Of a DNA stretch of 64,000 nt, positions 39,975 to 53,267 are shown in pieces. Each line of letters starts with the position of its first letter. The stretch's first letter is position 1. Origin of the DNA: Eledone cirrhosa (Eukaryota). The stretch lies in the NCBI GenBank assembly GCA_964016885.1, contig OZ024741.1:7626001-7690000 (forward strand), in the 5' to 3' direction. Under the pieces are notes generated by a model. That model was given only the letters and a program-made list of their open reading frames with translations, was not told the DNA's origin and did no database searches. The position numbers and the translations under genes were made by a program.

Positions 39975-41335
39975 AGAGAGAGAGTGTGAGAGAGAGAGGG
40001 GTGAGAGAAAGAGAGAGTGAGAGAGAGAGAGTGTGTGAGAGAGAGACTGTGTGAGAAAGAGAGTGTGTGAGAAAGAGAGTGTGTGAGAAAGAGAGAGTGA
40101 GAAAGAGAGTGTGACAGAAAAAGAGAGTGTGAGAAAGAGAGAGTGAGAAAGAGAGAGTGTGTGAGAAAGAGAGTGTGTGAGAAAGAGAGTGTGTGAGAAA
40201 GAGAGTGTGTGAGAAAGAGAGAGTGAGAAAGAGAGTGTGACAGAAAAAGAGAGTGTGAGAAAGAGAGAGTGAGAAAGAGAGAGTGTGAGAAAGAGAGTGT
40301 GTGAGAAAGAGAGTTGTGAGAAAGAGAGAGTGAGAAAGAGAGAGTGTGAGAAAGAGAGTGTGTGAGAAAGAGAGAGTGAGAAAGAGAGTGTGACAGAAAA
40401 AGAGAGTGTGAGAAAGAGAGAGTGAGAAAGAGAGAGTGTGAGAAAGAGAGTGTGTGAGAAAGAGAGTTGTGAGAAAGAGAGAGTGAGAAAGAGAGAGTGT
40501 GAGAAAGAGAGTGTGTGAGAAAGAGAGAGTGAGAAAGAGAGAGTGTGACAGAAAGAGAGAGTGTGAGAAAGAGAGAGTGTGTGAGAAAGAGAGAGTGTGT
40601 GAGAAAGAGAGAGTGTGACAGAAAGAGAGAGTGTGAGAAAGAGAGAGTGTGTGAGAAAGAGAGAGTGTGTGAGAAAGAGAGAGTGTGACAGAAAGAGAGA
40701 GTGTGAGAAAGAGAGTGTGTGAGGAAGAGAGAGTGAGAAAGAGAGAGTGTGTGAGAAAGAGAGAGTGTGAGAAAGAGAGAGTGTGTGAGAAAGAGAGAGT
40801 GTGTGAGAAAGAGAGAGTGTGACAGAAAGAGAGAGTGTGAGAAAGAGAGTGTGTGAGGAAGAGAGAGTGAGAAAGAGAGAGTGTGTGAGAAAGAGAGAGT
40901 GTGAGAAAGAGAGAGTGTGTGAGAAAGAGAGAGTGTGTGAGAAAGAGAGAGTGTGACAGAAAGAGAGAGTGTGAGAAAGAGAGTGTGTCAGGAAGAGAGA
41001 GTGAGAAAGAGAGAGTGTGTGAGAAAGAGAGAGTGTGAGAAAGAGAGAGTGTGTGAGAAAGAGAGAGTGTGTGAGAAAGAGAGAGTGTGACAGAAAGAGA
41101 GAGTGTGAGAAAGAGAGTGTGTGAGGAAGAGAGAGTGAGAAAGAGAGAGTGTGTGAGAAAGAGAGAGTGTGTGAGAAAGAGAGAGTGTGTGAGAAAGAGA
41201 GTGTGAGAAAGAGAGAGTGTGTGAGAAAGAGAGAGTGTGTGAGAAAGAGAGAGTGTGTGAGAAAGAGAGAGTGTGTGAGAAAGAGAGAGTGTGTGAGAAA
41301 GAGAGAGTGAGAAAGAGAGAGTGACAGAAGGAGAG
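39975..41335. repeat. GAGAAAGAGAGAGTGTGT-type minisatellite
   Basis: Direct inspection. Confidence 0.95.
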
Positions 41336-41477
41336 TGTGTATTTTTGTATGTGGGAGAGTGTGGGTGCATATGTGTGTGTGAGTGTGTAGTGAATGTGTG
41401 TGAATGTGTGTATGTATGTGTTTGTGTGAGAATGAATGTGTGAGTGGGTGGAAGAGAGGGAGAGTAGTGAGTGGAGT

Positions 41478-44400
41478 GTGGGGTGGTGGTGTGGTGTGGT
41501 GTGGTGTGGTGGTGTGGTGTGGTGTGGTGGTGTGGTGGTGTGGTGGTGTGGTGTGGTGGTGTGGTGTGGTGTGGTGGTGTGGTGTGGTGTGGTGGTGTGG
41601 TGGTGTGGTGGTGTGGTGTGGTGTGGTGGTGTGGTGTGGTGTGGTGTGGTGGTGTGGTGGTGTGGTGTGGTGTGGTGTGGTGTGGTGGTGTGGTGGTGTG
41701 GTGGTGTGGTGTGGTGGTGTGGTGGTGTGGTGGTGTGGTGTGGTGTGGTGGTGTGGTGGTGTGGTGGTGTGGTGGTGTGGTGTGGTGTGGTGTGGTGGTG
41801 TGGTGTGGTGTGGTGGTGTGGTGGTGTGGTGGTGTGGTGTGGTGGTGTGGTGTGGTGTGGTGGTGTGGTGTGGTGTGGTGGTGTGGTGGTGTGGTGGTGT
41901 GGTGTGGTGTGGTGGTGTGGTGTGGTGTGGTGTGGTGGTGTGGTGGTGTGGTGTGGTGTGGTGTGGTGTGGTGTGGTGGTGTGGTGGTGTGGTGGTGTGG
42001 TGTGGTGGTGTGGTGGTGTGGTGGTGTGGTGTGGTGGTGTGGTGGTGTGGTGGTGTCGGTGGTGTGGTGTGGTGTGGTGGTGTGGTGGTGTGGTGTTGTG
42101 GTGTGGTGTGGTGGTGGTGTGGTGTGGTGTGGTGGTGTGGTGGTGTGGTGTGGTGGTGTGGTGGTGTGGTGTGGTGTGGTGGTGTGGTGTAGTGGTGTGG
42201 TGTGTGGTGTGTGGTGTGGTGTGGTGGTGTGGTGGTGTGGTGTTGTGGTGTGGTGTGGTGGTGGTGTGGTGTGGTGGTGTGGTGGTGTGGTGTGGTGGTG
42301 TGGTGGTGGTGGTGTGGTGTGGTGGTGTGGTGTAGTGGTGTGGTGTGTGGTGTGTGGTGTGGTGTGGTGGTGTGGTGTGGTGCGGTGGTGTGGTGTGTGG
42401 TGTGGTGTGGTGGTAAGGTGGGATGTGGTGTGGTGTGGTGGTGGTGTGGTGTGGTGTGGTGGTGTGGTGGTGTGGTGTGGTGGTGGTGTGGTGTGGTGTG
42501 GTGGTGTGGTGGTGTGGTGTGGTGGTGTGGTGGTGTGGTGTGGTGTGGTGTGGTGGTGTGGTGGTGTGGTGTGGTGTGGTGTGGTGGTGTGGTGGTGTGG
42601 TGTGGTGTGGTGGTGTGGTGTGGTGGTGTGGTGGTGTGGTGGTGTGGTGGTGTGGTGTGGTGTGGTGGTGTGGTGGTGTGGTGTTGTGGTGTGGTGTGGT
42701 GGTGTGGTGTGGTGTGGTGGTGGTGGTGGTGTGGTGGTGTGGTGTGGTGTGGTGTGGTGGTGTGATGTGGTGTGGTGGTGTGGCGTGTTGGTGTGGTGGT
42801 GTGTGATGTGGTGTGGTGTAGGTGGTGTGGTGGTGTGGTGTGTGGTGTGGTGTGGTGGTGTGGTGTGGTGCGGTGGTGTGGTGTGTGGTGTGGTGTGGTG
42901 GTGTGGTGTGGTGTTGGTGGTGTGGTGTGGTGTGGTGGTGTGGTGGTGTGGTGGTGTGGTGTGGTGTGGTGGTGTGGTGTGGTGTGGTGTGGTGGTGTGG
43001 TGGTGTGGTGTGGTGTGGTGTGGTGTGGTGGTGTGGTGGTGTGGTGGTGTGGTGTGGTGGTGTGGTGGTGTGGTGGTGTGGTGTGGTGTGGTGGTGTGGT
43101 GGTGTGGTGGTGTGGTGGTGTGGTGTGGTGTGGTGTGGTGGTGTGGTGTGGTGTGGTGGTGTGGTGGTGTGGTGGTGTGGTGTGGTGGTGTGGTGTGGTG
43201 TGGTGGTGTGGTGTGGTGTGGTGGTGTGGTGGTGTGGTGGTGTGGTGTGGTGTGGTGGTGTGGTGTGGTGTGGTGTGGTGGTGTGGTGGTGTGGTGTGGT
43301 GTGGTGTGGTGTGGTGTGGTGGTGTGGTGGTGTGGTGGTGTGGTGTGGTGGTGTGGTGGTGTGGTGGTGTGGTGTGGTGGTGTGGTGGTGTGGTGGTGTG
43401 GTGGTGTGGTGTGGTGTGGTGGTGTGGTGGTGTGGTGTTGTGGTGTGGTGTGGTGGTGGTGTGGTGTGGTGTGGTGGTGTGGTGGTGTGGTGTGGTGGTG
43501 TGGTGGTGTGGTGTGGTGTGGTGGTGTGGTGTAGTGGTGTGGTGTGTGGTGTGTGGTGTGGTGTGGTGGTGTGGTGGTGTGGTGTTGTGGTGTGGTGTGG
43601 TGGTGGTGTGGTGTGGTGGTGTGGTGGTGTGGTGTGGTGGTGTGGTGGTGTGGTGTGGTGTGGTGGTGTGGTGTAGTGGTGTGGTGTGTGGTGTGTGGTG
43701 TGGTGTGGTGGTGTGGTGTGGTGCGGTGGTGTGGTGTGTGGTGTGGTGTGGTGGTAAGGTGGGATGTGGTGTGGTGTGGTGGTGGTGTGGTGTGGTGTGG
43801 TGGTGTGGTGGTGTGGTGTGGTGGTGGTGTGGTGTGGTGTGGTGGTGTGGTGGTGTGGTGTGGTGGTGTGGTGGTGTGGTGTGGTGTGGTGTGGTGGTGT
43901 GGTGGTGTGGTGTGGTGTGGTGTGGTGGTGTGGTGGTGTGGTGTGGTGTGGTGGTGTGGTGTGGTGGTGTGGTGGTGTGGTGGTGTGGTGGTGTGGTGTG
44001 GTGTGGTGGTGTGGTGGTGTGGTGTTGTGGTGTGGTGTGGTGGTGTGGTGTGGTGTGGTGGTGTGGTGGTGTGGTGGTGTGGTGTGGTGTGGTGTGGTGG
44101 TGTGATGTGGTGTGGTGGTGTGGCGTGTTGGTGTGGTGGTGTGATGTGGTGTGGTGTGGTGGTGTGGTGGTGTGGTGTGTGGTGTGGTGTGGTGGTGTGG
44201 TGTGGTGCGGTGGTGTGGTGTGTGGTGTGGTGTGGTGGTGTGGTGGTGTGGTGTGGTGGTAAGGTGGGATGTGGTGTGGTGTGGTGGTGTGGTGTTGTGG
44301 TGTTGTGTGGTGTGTGGTGTGGTGTGGTGGTGTGGTGTGGTGTGGTGGTGTGGTGCGGTGCGGTGGTGTGGTGTGTGGTGTGGTGTGGTGGTGTGGTGGT

Positions 44401-45090
44401 GTGGTGTGGTGGTGTGGTGTGGTGTGGTGGTGTGGTGGTGTGGTGTTGTGGTGTTGTGTGGTGTGGTGTGTGGTGTGGTGTGGTGGTGTGGTGCGGTGGT
44501 GTGGTGCGGTGGTGTGGTGTGGTGGTGTGGTGTGGTGGTGTGGTGTGTGGTGTGGTGTGGTGGTGTGGTGGGATATGGTGTGGTGTGCTGGTGTGGTGTG
44601 GTGGTGTGGTGTGTGGTGTGGTGGTGTGGTGTGTGGTGTGGTGTGGTGGTGTGGTGGGATGTGGTGTGGTGTGCTGGTGTGGTGTGGTGTTGTGGTGTTG
44701 TGTGGTGTGGTGTGTGGTGTGGTGTGGTGTGGTGGGATGTGGTGTGGTTTGCTGGTGTGGTGGTGTGGTGGTGTGGTGTGGTGTGGTGGTGTGGTGGTGT
44801 GGTGTTGTGGTGTGGTGTGGTGGTGTGGTGCGGTGGTGTGGTGTGGTGGTGTGGTGGGATGTGGTGTGGTGTGTGGTGTGGTGTGGTGGTGTGGTGTGGT
44901 GGTGTGGTGTGGTGGTGTGGTGTGGTGGTGTGGTGCGGTGGTGTGGTGTGGTGGTGTGGTGGGATGTAGTGTGGTGTGGTGGTGTGGTGTGGTGGTGTGG
45001 TGTGGTGTGGTGGTGTGGTGGTGTGGTGGGATGTGGTGTGGTGTGGTGGTGTGGTGTGGTGGTGTGGTGTTGTTGTGTGGTGTGGTGGTG
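41478..45090. repeat. (GTGGT/GTG)n satellite, 3.6 kb
   Basis: Mixed 5- and 3-nt units; the 1897-aa H/T/P ORF is a stop-free artefact. Confidence 0.97.
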
Positions 45091-45692
45091 TGTCTGTTTA
45101 TATATGTGTGTGTGTCGGGGAGAAGTTTGAGTGTGTATTTCTGTGTATGTGTGTATGTGTGTATATATGCGTGTACATGTGTGTGTGTGTGTATTTTATG
45201 GGTGTATGTATGTGTGTGTGTATGTATGTGTGTATATATGTGTGCATGTGTGTGTGCATGTGCGTGTGTGAATGTATGTGTATGTGTGCGAGGTGTGTCA
45301 GTTTGATTGCGTGTATGAGGTGTGTGTATATGTGTGTGTGTGGTGTATGTCCGTATGTGTGTATATGCATGTATGTATGTAAGTGTATGTGTATGTATGT
45401 GTATGTGTGTGTGTATGACGAAGTAATTATGCACGTATTTCGTGATTAGTGGCTGCAGAAAGATTGGAGTTAGAGAGCGGAAGTGTCCCAGCATAATGTG
45501 ACGTTATTTCCGGTCAACTTTGAAGGTCCTACTTCAGTGGCGGCCATGTCTACATTATGAAGCATAATAAGAAAATAAGTTAGAGATGTTAAATGATGAG
45601 GAACGACTCCATCTTCCAATACATCAAAGTGTTAATTGTATAATGTTAATGTCATATGATAATAACGATTATAATGGTGATGATGGTGATGG

Positions 45693-45724
<32 letters not shown>

Positions 45725-46084
45725 GTGGTGGTGATGGTGATGCTGATGATGGTGCTGCTAACTAACCAGCCAACCTTTCAAATAGAACCTTTATTTCTTC
45801 ATCTTCTCCGCTTCAACTTACATCATATCCTATTGCTTAGATCAATGAATGTTATTAGCACACAAATGACCAGTGTACACTCAACCATTCTACATAATAA
45901 CATCGTGAAATGTGCCATAATCTGCAATTATGCCATAAACAAATCTCCAATATGGAGTCGCCCACCCCTAACACTTTCTTCTCCTTCTTCTTTATAACAT
46001 TCCATCTTCAATATCTGCTTCGATGTGGTTCTTTCTCGGTTTACCTAGCCACACAACCAGTCAAGCAGCCAGGCCTTAACGTGG

Positions 46085-46183
<99 letters not shown>

Positions 46184-46297
46184 ACTATATCCATTAAACC
46201 ATCACGTGATAAATGCATGGATGCATGCAGTTATATGTACGTAGTACATAAATGCATATATACATATATACATACATATATACATACATACATATAT

Positions 46298-46905
46298 GGT
46301 GGCTGCCAACTCGTTTTCGAATACGGCCACTACTTTATATCCATGTAGGAGAACCCCTACCGATGCGCTGAACGAGTGTGACTTTTTAGTCCAGCCAGCG
46401 ACTTGAAAACTCTGGTACAAACACTACACTTGTGACAATTATTGACACATAGTGCTGGGCCCGTGGTACCATGTAACGACAAGTGCAGAGAGATCTCCAG
46501 ATATAAAGCAATGCCTGTGCTGTGAAGCTTTTATAGTGAGCAAAGGCACTGCACAAAGCCAGTCCCACTCTCTTAACAAAGATGATATTTACCAACAAGA
46601 AGAACAAGTCAACATCATTGGATACCATCAGGGTTGCAGGTGTTATATCAGAGTTTTCCTTCTCCTAGAATTCTGCCTTGACAAAGGCTAAGGGGTCATC
46701 TCTCCCGGTGATTTTGGATGGCCATTGACTCTTAAGAGCTCCTTTGCCCTTTGACAGGTTTTGTTTTTAGTCCTGCAGGATGTCCAAAGTCACCCTCCTC
46801 ACCAAGAAACCTTGGTGGGGTTGCCAGTTTAGTCGCCAACGACCCGACCATGAGACAGGTTGTACTGGGATACATGTTACCAGTAGCACCAACTGGTGAC
46901 CTGAC
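46298..46905 (-). mobile_element. bipartite non-autonomous RTE-derived element (about 610 bp)
   Basis: Near-identical to 48550-49156; RTE-like leader (CTAGGAGAAGGAAAACTCTG) joined to an ORF2 end encoding CSVCTRVFKSLAGLKSHTRSAH; (ATGT)n tail. Confidence 0.7.
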
Positions 46906-47011
46906 ACATACATATATACATACATATATACATACATATATACATACATACATATATACATACATATATACATACATAAATACATACATATATACATACA
47001 TATATACATTC

Positions 47012-47670
47012 ATGATGGCTGCCCTCGTTATCGAGTATGGCCATTGCACGATATTCCATTATTAATAATTATTAATTAATTCTATCGTGCAATGCCTGTG
47101 CGTGAATATATTTTTTAAAGTGAGGAAAGACTGTGCACTGAGCCAATACCACTCTCTGAGCGACAGTAGCTATAACTCGAAAAGTAGAAAAGATCAACAT
47201 CATCGGTTACTACTGAGCCGCAGGTTTTATATCGGAGTTATCCCAGTTTCCTGAGTTGCCTTCTCCTAGAAGAATGCCCTGACAAAGGCTAGGGGTCCTT
47301 CACTCCCAGTGGTTTAACCGGACCATCTAGTATCCAGCCCGGCTATTTCTCTGTCCCCGCGCATATACATACACATGCACCCATGTATATACAAATATAC
47401 GTATACATACACATACACCCATGTATATACACATATACATATATATGTACATGTGTATATACATATTTACACACTTTTGGATGGCCGTTGACTCTTATGA
47501 GTTCTTCCGCCCTTTGTCAGGTTTTGTTTTTTTGTCCTGCAGAGTTTCCAAAATCACCCTCCTCACCAAGTAAACTTAGTGGGGTTGCCGGTATAGTCGC
47601 CGACGACCCGACCATGCGACAGGTTGTACTGGGTTACATGTTACCAGTAGCACTCAAGAGTGACCCGACC
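47012..47670 (-). mobile_element. non-autonomous RTE-derived element, subfamily 2
   Basis: Leader homologous to 46730-46905 but a different 3' end; matches 18202-18588. Confidence 0.65.
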
Positions 47671-47699
47671 TAAATTCATACATACATATATACATACAA

Positions 47700-48462
47700 A
47701 GATGTCATCGCGGTACTATCTGCCTATGAAGCATGATGTAGTGGCCAAAACACTGTACAATGCAATCCGTAAAAAAGATAACCCCGATAATAAACACATT
47801 AAAAGCTACAGCAATGTGGAAGACATCCATGTACATAATATGAAAGAGTACTGGTGGAATGTTCCAGTAAAAACCCCTATAAAATGCAGGCATAACAGAC
47901 CAGATATTATGATATGGGACAGGGAGAAGAAAGCATGCACAGTAGTGGAAATTTGCTCCCCAGCAGATGCCAATATAATATCAAAGATTAGCGAAAAGGA
48001 GAATATTTATGCAGAACTGATGAGAAATCTGCAGATACTCCACCCTGATTACACCTTCAGATTTATGCCTGTGATTATTGGAGCACTGGGGTATGTTAAT
48101 AACTGCCTCAATGCACATCTTGAGAAGCTGGGTTTCACAGGAACAGAAAGAACACAACTAGTTAGGAAATTACAAGTACAATCCATTAATGGAACAGTAA
48201 AAATATGTAAAACATTCCAAACATTTTGCATCTAATAACTGCATATACACATGTACAGATACAAAGCATATACACATGCACACATACAACTCAAAACATC
48301 CACATCCACACACACAATAACAGCCATATATACACATGCATGCATACATACATATCTACCTAGTTGATGTTGTGTAAATTTCAATGAGAGAGTCCTGTGG
48401 CTATGTTAGAAACCGACTCTCTCTCTATTGGGAAAAGTTTGTGAAATTATAAAACCAGAAGA
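47700..48462 (+). mobile_element. R4/Dong-like RLE retrotransposon 3' end in (CATA)n
   Basis: YYLPMKHD, YWWN, HNRPDIMIWD, VEICSP, EKENIY, PVIIGALG; stop at 48235. Confidence 0.85.
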
Positions 48463-48549
48463 TCATACATACATATACATACATACAAACATATATACAT
48501 GCATGCATACATACATACATACATACATACATACATACATACCTATATA

Positions 48550-49156
48550 GTGGCTGCCAACTCGTTTTCGAATACGGCCACTACTTTATATCCATGTAGG
48601 AGAACTCCTACCGATGCGCTGAACGAGTGTGAATTTTTAGTCCAGCCAGCAACTTGAAAACTCTGGCACAAACACTACACTTGTGACAATTATTGACACA
48701 TAGTACTGGGCCCATGGTTCCATGTGACGACAAGTGCAGAGAGATCTCCAGATATAAAGCAATGCCTATGCCGTGAAGCTTTTATAGTGAGCAAAGGCAC
48801 TGCACAAAGCCAGTCCCACTCTCTTAACCAAGATGATATTTACCAAAAAGAAGAACAAGTCAACATCATTGGATACCATCAGGGTTGCAGGTAGTATATC
48901 AGAGTTTTCCTTCTCCTAGAATTCTGCCTTGACAAAGGCTAAGGGGTCATCTCTCCCGGTGATTTTGGATGGCCATTGACTCTTAAGAGCTCCTTTGCCC
49001 TTTGACAGGTTTTGTTTTTAGTCCGGCAGGATGTCCAAAGTCACCCTCCTCACCAAGAAACCTTGGTGTGTTTGCCAGTTTAGTCGCCAACGACCCGACC
49101 ATGAGACAGGTTGTACTGGGATACATGTTACCAGTAGCACCAACTGGTGACCTGAC
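48550..49156 (-). mobile_element. bipartite non-autonomous RTE-derived element, second copy (partial third copy at 50638-50903)
   Basis: Direct similarity to 46298-46905. Confidence 0.7.
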
Positions 49157-49254
49157 ATAATACATACATACATACATACATACATACATACATACATACA
49201 TACATACATACATACATACATACATACATACATACATACATACATACATACATA

Positions 49255-50572
49255 AATAAAATATGGTCATCAGAACTGTCAGCATACAACAAATACATTG
49301 CCCACAATACTTATGCTGTGCCAATTCTAACGCCAACATTTGGCCTACTGAACTGGTCATTGCATGAACTAAGTGAGATGGATGTTAGAACTCGAAAACT
49401 TCTCAGTGTTACTGGGAACTTTAACATCAATGGTGATGTGGATAGGCTATACTTCTCACGCAAGGAAGGTGGCCGGGGTCAAAAATCAATATTAACAACA
49501 TATGAGACCCGGATAGTAACACTGAAGCAACACCTTCAACAGAGGAAAAAGGTTGGCAACCATCTTGCCCAGGTTTATGAGCATGAAAAAAGAAATATCA
49601 TTAGAATAGCGACTGATCTGGAGGAGAGAAATGGAATAAAACCTGATATAAATCTCTCACCCAGAGAAATCGGAAGATCCTATTCAATGTTCAAACAAGA
49701 TAAAAAAATTGACCAATTTACAGAAAAAGTTGTGCATGGATACTTAAGGCGTAAAACACAGACCATAGAGGGGATAAATCACTCAAAAAGCCTGGCATGG
49801 AGTTCCGACAAGTTTATGACATCACACCTTGAGGTATATCTCTATGCAATACAGGAACAAGAACTCCCTACCAAATATCTGTTGCACAAAAGAGGAGGGC
49901 CAGCAGCTGACAATAAGTGTAGGCTATGTAAAACAAAGATCGAGGATGTAAGCCACATTGTTGCCAGCTGCGAAAGAATGTCATCTCGCTACTACCTCCC
50001 CATGAGACACGATGGGATAGCTAGAACCATCTGGAACGCACTTCGGAAAACAAAATTAACAACAAACGAAGAAGAATATATTGAGACAGATGGCACTAAG
50101 GAATACTGGTGGAACCTGAAAATAAAAACTGCCACCAAATTAAAGCACAACCGGCCTGATATTGTAGTTTGGGACCACACATTGAAAACGTGTTCTGTTG
50201 TGGAGATCAGCTGCCCACTTGATGTAAACGTTGTCAGAAAAATACAGGAGAAGGAGGACATCTACGGACCATTGATGAGGAGTTTACAAATCCAGTATCC
50301 AAGATACACCTTTAGCTTCATACCCATCATTATTGGTGCTACGGGTTATATACCAACCCGCTTGGACCAAAGTATGACTGAACTTGGATTTTGCGGACAA
50401 AAAGCGCAGCTCCCTAATTCATAGTCTACAAATGGCTGCGATAGCTGGCACCTTCAAAATTTGCAAAACATTCTTGCGATTCAAGGGATGACAATTTCTT
50501 TTCTTTTACAACCTTGCCACCAGGAAGGTGGCCGGTCAAAAAAATATACTCGAAATTAAGAGAAAGAGAAAA
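49255..50572 (+). mobile_element. R4/Dong-like RLE retrotransposon, 5'-truncated, in (CATA)n
   Basis: ORF 49318-50424: RLYFSRKEGGRG, AIQEQEL, CRLC..EDVSHIVASC, RHD, NRPDIVVWD, VEISCP, PIIIGATG. Confidence 0.88.
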
Positions 50573-50578
50573 CATACA

Positions 50579-50610
<32 letters not shown>

Positions 50611-51239
50611 CATATATACATATATACATACATACATGGTGGTGGCTGCCAACTCGTTTTCGAGTACGGCCACTACTTTACATCCATGTAGGATAACCCC
50701 TACCGAAGCGCTGAACGAGTGTGACTTTTTAGTCCAGCCAGCGACTTGAAACCTCTGGTACAAACACTACACCTGTGACAATTATTGACACATAGTGCTA
50801 GGCCCATGGTAGGACAATTATTGACACATAGTGCTGGGCCCATGTGAGGACAAGTGCAGAGAGATCTCCAGATATAAAGCAATGCCTGTGCCGTGAAGCT
50901 TTTATATGTACATACATATATACATACATACATACATACATATATACATATATACATATATTCATACATATATATATATATATATACATAAATACATACA
51001 TACATATACATATATACATATATACATACATACATATATATATATACATAAATACATACATAAATACATATATATATATATATACATATATACATATATA
51101 CATATATACATATATACATACATATATATAAATACATACATATAGCTCCATGGTAGTTATTGAGGGTAACAACTTAAAGGACAGAGTGAGAGGAGAAAAC
51201 AAACCTTGAACATATGTGGACATCATAATGTATGATGTG

Positions 51240-51945
51240 AGTAGAGTCATAGCAGAGTAGGATCATAGCAGAGTAGGGTCATAGCAGAGTGGTGTCATAA
51301 CATAGGGTCATAGTAGAGTAGGATCATAGCAGAGTAGGGTCATAGCAGAGTCGGGTCATAGCATTGTAGTGTCATAGCAGAGTAGGGTCATAGCAGAGTA
51401 GGACCATAGCAGAGTAGGATCATAATAGAGTAGGGTCATAGCAGTGTAGGGTCATAGCAGTGGAGGGTCATAGCAGAGTTGGGTCATAGCAGAGTAGCGT
51501 CATAGCATAGGGTCATAGCAGAGTAGGGTCATAGCAGAGTAGGGTCATAACAGATTGTGGTCATAACAGAGTAGGATCATAGCAGAGTAGGGTCATAGCA
51601 GAGTGGGGTCATAGCATAGGGTCATAGTAGTGTAGGATCATAGCAGGTAGGGTCATAATAGAGTGGCTCATAGCAGAGTAGGGTCATAGCAGAGTAGGGT
51701 CATAATAGAGTAGCTCATAGCAGAGTAGGGTCATATCAGAGTAGGGCCATAGCATAGTAGGGTCATATCAGCTTATGGTCATAGCGAATTATGGTCGTAG
51801 CAGAGTATGATCATAGAAAATTTGGTTCATAGCAACTTCTGGTCATAGCATACTAAGGTCATAGCAGAATATGGTGATAGCTGCTTAGGGTCATAGCAGA
51901 TTGTGGTCATAGCAGAGTAGGGTCATAGCAGATTGGTCATAGCAG
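51240..51945. repeat. 16-bp minisatellite GGTCATAGCAGAGTAG
   Basis: About 40 degenerate copies. Confidence 0.95.
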
Positions 51946-52119
51946 CAAAAATTGGGCTAAGAGAGTGGACCATAAAACTGGGATATTTCCGGGTAGCATC
52001 AGTGCTGCTCAGCTGCGTTGGAGGAAGTGGTATAATCGGAAGGAGCCGAAATCGTAGAGATATCAATTGACAGCTGATGAGTGGTATATCCTGCAGTGTA
52101 AGATGTGTGTAGGATATGT

Positions 52120-52252
<133 letters not shown>

Positions 52253-52458
52253 TTACAATAATCAAAGTTCAGTTTAAATCATTTATTTGCTTACAATTGT
52301 TTCCTCCAAACCGAGGTTTGGATTCTTCGGACCAAGTATTTAGTGATCTATAACATACTTGACCTCCTTTTCAACACAAGAGACATATAAAAACATATGC
52401 ATATATTGACCCACAGTGGGATGACATCCATCATAATGATATAGCATGGCAATTTACA

Positions 52459-52839
52459 TATAAAAATAAAAATAAAAATAAAAATAAAAATAAAAATAAA
52501 AATAAAAATAAAAATAAAAATAAAAATAAAAATAAAAATAAAAATAAAAATAAAAATAAAAATAAAAATAAAAATAAAAATAAAAATAAAAATAAAAATA
52601 AAAATAAAAATAAAAATAAAAATAAAAATAAAAATAAAAATAAAAATAAAAATAAAAATAAAATTAAAAATAAAAATAAAAATAAAAATAAAAATAAAAA
52701 TAAAAATAAAAATAAAAATAAAAATAAAAATAAAAATAAAAATAAAAATAAAAAAAATAAAAATAAAAATAAAAATAAAAATAAAAATAAAAATAAAAAT
52801 AAAAATAAAAATAAAAATAAAAATAAAAATAAAAATAAA

Positions 52840-52870
<31 letters not shown>

Positions 52871-53147
52871 TAAAAATAAAAATAAAAATAAAAATAAAAA
52901 TAAAAATAAAAATAAAAATAAAATTAAAAATAAAAATAAAAATAAAAATAAAAATAAAAATAAAAATAAAAATAAAAATAAAAATAAAAATAAAAATAAA
53001 AATAAAAATAAAAATAAAAATAAAAAAAATAAAAATAAAAATAAAAATAAAAATAAAAATAAAAATAAAAATAAAAATAAAAATAAAAATAAAAATAAAA
53101 ATAAAAATAAAAATAAAAATAAAAATAAAAATAAAAATAAAAATAAA

Positions 53148-53178
<31 letters not shown>

Positions 53179-53267
53179 TAAAAATAAAAATAAAAACAAA
53201 AATTAAAATAAAAATAAAAATAAAAATAAAAATAAAAATAAAAATAAAAATAAAAATAAAAATAAAA
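52459..53267. repeat. (TAAAAA)n hexamer tract inside the pLTR
   Basis: About 810 bp, nearly pure. Confidence 0.97.

Noticed and set aside
39801-45494. 1897-aa His/Thr/Pro ORF and antisense Val/Trp/Cys/Gly ORFs
   Set aside because: Translation of stop-free simple repeats, open in several frames at once
45770-46060. Unique purine-rich minus-strand segment resembling an exon (similar case at 26030-26290)
   Set aside because: Short frames, no recognisable homology, weak splice signals
51240-51945. Telomere-like repeat containing TAGGG
   Set aside because: A 16-bp minisatellite unit, not (TTAGGG)n
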